From: Candidatus Beckwithbacteria bacterium
GTDB lineage: Bacteria > Patescibacteriota > Microgenomatia > UBA1400 > CG1-02-47-37
Direction of reading: 5' to 3'
Length of the DNA stretch: 64,000 nt
Assembly (NCBI GenBank): GCA_026397255.1
Contig: JAPLVF010000013.1
Location: 85,030-149,029 of the forward strand
The notes under the pieces are model-generated. The model ran no database searches. It had not been told where the DNA came from and saw nothing but the letters and a program-made list of their open reading frames with translations. Position 1 is the first letter of the stretch; every line of letters begins with the position of its first letter. This document shows positions 61,053 through 64,000 of the stretch, piece after piece. A program made the position numbers and the translations under genes.

Positions 61053-61435
61053 ACTGGATTTAACTGGATATTTTGAGCGGTCACACTGCCATCGGCATTA
61101 GTAGTGCCAAAAACAGCGACCTTTTGTCCAACAGTTAAATCAGCAGTGGTCGCTTCACTGGCTTTATTGATAGTCGTGCTAGCAGAAAAGAGAATGATTT
61201 TGCTGCTGCCATCAGTCAATTTAACGGTGATGGATTTGTCAGTACTGGCAATAATATCGCCATTAACCGGCCCTCCTCCGCCAAGGCTACGGCGGGGCGA
61301 GCCTCCCCCCTGACCATTTCCCAGTTGTCGATTAAAGATAGGCTGTTTTCCTTGCTGATATTTTATGCCACCAACAAAGCCACCGACACCAACAATCACC
61401 ACTAATAAAAGAGTAATAATTAAGTTTTTATTCAT
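61037..61435 (-). CDS. Membrane-anchored DUF5666-like protein of the efflux operon
   Basis: TM, Gly-rich linker, GDII...DLTVGQKV.V.G...DGSVTA. Confidence 0.7.
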   Translation of the reverse strand: MNKNLIITLLLVVIVGVGGFVGGIKYQQGKQPIFNRQLGNGQGGGSPRRSLGGGGPVNGDIIASTDKSITVKLTDGSSKIILFSASTTINKASEATTADLTVGQKVAVFGTTNADGSVTAQNIQLNPVYSRP

Positions 61436-62654
61436 ATCTTAAGGCTTCGATGGGTTGGAGATTGGCGGCTTTTCGGGCAGGATACCAACCAAAAATAATC
61501 CCAATGGCTCCGGACACGCCGATGGCCATAATAATTGATGAGGCAGACATGGTAAAAGGTAAATTAATTAATTTGGAAATAATTAAAGAGATAATAATGC
61601 CTAAAATCATGCCAAAAATTCCACCGGTAATGGTTAAAATGATTGATTCGATTAAAAATTGGGCAACAACAGTCTTTTTCTTCGCCCCCAGGGCTTTTCT
61701 TAAACCAATTTCCCGGGTTCTTTCCGTCACCGTAACCAGCATAATATTCATAATGCCGATGCCGCCGACCAATAAAGAAATGGCGGCAATGCCGGAAAGC
61801 ATACCGGTAAAAGTGCTGGTAATTGAGGAGGCAGTATTTAAAATGTCCTGTTGGGAAAAGATAGAAAAGTCGGCTTGAATCGGATCATTAAATTTATGCC
61901 GGGCTAATAATAAATAACCGATTTGATTTTGGGCATCAGTCATAACGTCAGCGTTGATGGCTTCAACGGCAATTGAACTAAGGTAGTTAACGCCAAAAAG
62001 TTCTTTTTGGGCAGTCGACAAGGGCACGTAAATAATGTCGTCCTGATTTTGAAATCCGCTGCCGCCTTTGGAAGTAGTCTCGCCAATAATAGTAAAAGTT
62101 TGACCACTGATCCGAAGGGTTTGTCCTTCGACGGGCTCAGGATTATCGCCAAATAAATCGCTCACCACCTGGGGACCAACCACCGCTACCTTACCCAAGG
62201 TATCCACATCTCTCTGGCTAATAAAGTTCCCGGAAGAGAGAGTGACTTTATGAACATCGGTATAAACAGGCGTGGCTCCAACTACCTGAGTATTGGTGTT
62301 ATTAGCCCCAGTCGTTACCTGACTTCTTCGGGAAAATTCCGCTGAAACATTTTTAACGGTAGTAATTTGAGGAGAGTTGGTAATGGCCGCGGCATCATCA
62401 TTAGTTAAAGTTGTTGAACCACCACCGGCTCCCCTAACGGCACCGCTTCTTTGGGCCCCAGGACTAACTGTTAATAAATTAGTGCCTAAGGCTTGAATTT
62501 GGGATTGAACCGCTTGCTGGCTGGCCCGGCCTAAAGACACCAAGGCAATGACGCTGCCGATACCGATCACTATGCCCAGTATGGCCAAACCCGTCCGCAG
62601 TTTATTGACAGTCAGGGTGGTTAAACTTTCTAAGAATAGTTGAGTAAAGTCCAT
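61428..62654 (-). CDS. MacB-like ABC permease
   Basis: LGIVIGI, GGIGIMNIMLVTVTERTREIGLRKALGA, PIEALRYE. Confidence 0.94.
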   Translation of the reverse strand: MDFTQLFLESLTTLTVNKLRTGLAILGIVIGIGSVIALVSLGRASQQAVQSQIQALGTNLLTVSPGAQRSGAVRGAGGGSTTLTNDDAAAITNSPQITTVKNVSAEFSRRSQVTTGANNTNTQVVGATPVYTDVHKVTLSSGNFISQRDVDTLGKVAVVGPQVVSDLFGDNPEPVEGQTLRISGQTFTIIGETTSKGGSGFQNQDDIIYVPLSTAQKELFGVNYLSSIAVEAINADVMTDAQNQIGYLLLARHKFNDPIQADFSIFSQQDILNTASSITSTFTGMLSGIAAISLLVGGIGIMNIMLVTVTERTREIGLRKALGAKKKTVVAQFLIESIILTITGGIFGMILGIIISLIISKLINLPFTMSASSIIMAIGVSGAIGIIFGWYPARKAANLQPIEALRYE

Positions 62655-62656
62655 AA

Positions 62657-63367
62657 TTATTGTTTTAATTTAACTTGTTTATTAAGACTGTCTTTGATAA
62701 TTTTTCCGTCACGGATTTGGATAATTCTTTTTGAATGTTCCGCGATATCCGGCTCATGGGTAATCATGACAATCGTATGCCCGGCATTATTTAATTTTTG
62801 AAAAATGGCCATAATTTCTTCGGCTTGATTAGAAGCAATGTTCCCGGTCGGCTCATCGGCTAAAATCATGGACGGATCTAGCACTAAGGCACGGGCGATG
62901 GCTACCCGCTGCTGCTGGCCGCCGGATAGTTGATTGGAGGTGTGGTTTAAACGATCGCCTAAACCAACCAGCTGGAGATATTTTTCCGCCTCTTGTTGAC
63001 GTTTGGTTTTATCAATCCCGGCATACATCATCGGCAACATCACATTTTTCAAAGCCGTGGTGCGGGGTAAAAGATTAAAAGCCTGAAAAACAAAACCAAT
63101 TTTCTGATTGCGGATATCGGCCAATTCGTCGTCAGAAAGCTTATTTACACTCACTCCGTCAAGAAGATACTCACCACTGGTAGGTTTATCAAGAGCACCC
63201 AAAATATGCATCAAAGTGGATTTACCGGAACCGGAAGGACCCATGATCGCCACAAATTCGCCTTGATTAATGCGAAAAGAAACATCGGAAATAGCAATCG
63301 TTTCGAGAGTATCAATCTGATAAATTTTGGTCAGATGGCTGGTTTGAATAATCGGACGGAGACTCAT
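62657..63367 (-). CDS. MacB/LolD-like ABC ATP-binding protein
   Basis: [28 protein letters not shown]. Confidence 0.94.
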   Translation of the reverse strand: MSLRPIIQTSHLTKIYQIDTLETIAISDVSFRINQGEFVAIMGPSGSGKSTLMHILGALDKPTSGEYLLDGVSVNKLSDDELADIRNQKIGFVFQAFNLLPRTTALKNVMLPMMYAGIDKTKRQQEAEKYLQLVGLGDRLNHTSNQLSGGQQQRVAIARALVLDPSMILADEPTGNIASNQAEEIMAIFQKLNNAGHTIVMITHEPDIAEHSKRIIQIRDGKIIKDSLNKQVKLKQ

Positions 63368-64000
63368 CTTCCCCCAAATCCCCGATTACCGCCAAGACTA
63401 AAAGGGGAAGTAGTGGTTTGAGTCCGGCTGGTAGTGGAATTGGTAGTACTAATAACAACCGTGTCGCCTTCAGACAAACCGGAAGTGATTTCTGTCTGAG
63501 TACTGGATGATAAACCGGTGACCACAGCAACTTGGCTGACCTGATTATTTTTCATTATCTGAACATACGTCTGGCCGTTTTGGCTATGAACCGCAGCCGA
63601 AGGAATCAATAGAATGTCATTTTTTGTCTGGGTGATGATATTGGCTTGACCGGTCATATTAGGGAAAATCTCGTCCGCGCCAAGATCGAGCTTGATGACC
63701 GCCGGATAAGAGGTGACGCCAGAACTGACAATACCGGTAGTATCAATACTGACAACTTTGCCGGTATAGGTTTTTCCCGGGAAAGCATCTAGGGTTATTG
63801 TCGCTAAATTTCCCGGTTGGACGTTGGGAACATCAATTTGAGTAAGATTAACGGTGACTGCCGGTGCGGCTTGGGTTTTAATGTTGGCGATTCTTTGAGA
63901 CGTAGAGCTACCAGTAGAACTGGTTTGCGCAGTCAAAACCGAACCGACCTGAAGCGAAAGACCGCTAATAACACCGGAAATCGGGGCATAAATTGTCGGG
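63364..64000 (-). CDS. MacA-like periplasmic adaptor (5' end outside window)
   Basis: IYAPISG, DAFPGKTYTGKV, LLIPSAAV, EITSGLSEGD. Confidence 0.88.
   Translation of the reverse strand, partial: PTIYAPISGVISGLSLQVGSVLTAQTSSTGSSTSQRIANIKTQAAPAVTVNLTQIDVPNVQPGNLATITLDAFPGKTYTGKVVSIDTTGIVSSGVTSYPAVIKLDLGADEIFPNMTGQANIITQTKNDILLIPSAAVHSQNGQTYVQIMKNNQVSQVAVVTGLSSSTQTEITSGLSEGDTVVISTTNSTTSRTQTTTSPFSLGGNRGFGGR

Noticed and set aside
55..63530. Numerous short antisense or overlapping ORFs in the track (e.g. 55-240, 22184-22543, 27963-28352, 61450-61878)
   Set aside because: They are shadows of well-supported genes with no motifs of their own

Overview
A gene-dense, moderately AT-rich bacterial chromosome segment. 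Its content (class I LysRS, archaeal-type TpiA, Elp3, membrane-anchored Clp ATPase, many -10 boxes directly before ATGs) suggests a Patescibacteria/CPR, Microgenomates-like genome; this is inference only. Most of the window is housekeeping (rarA, dinB, greA, lysS, serS, secA, map, prfB, ftsEX, galE, lon, tpiA, thiI, ABC transporters) with tRNA-Glu(CTC) and tRNA-Gln(CTG). The standout is an AT-rich island after tRNA-Gln (~48.3-56.05 kb). Its right half is an array of single-gene, co-oriented units, each bounded by a conserved 44-bp dyad site (TTA-N12-GGTC-N3-GACC-N12-TAA). This resembles a cassette array using non-attC recombination sites, with no recombinase in the window. Other notable items: an Elp3 + Trm9-like methyltransferase pair abutting head-to-head, a LysRS-B3/4 fusion, a circularly permuted M23 peptidase after ftsEX, short palindromic repeats in-frame within genes, a shared VLG/TM/charged-tail C-terminus in surface proteins, and an internally deleted EamA pseudogene between 31-bp direct repeats.
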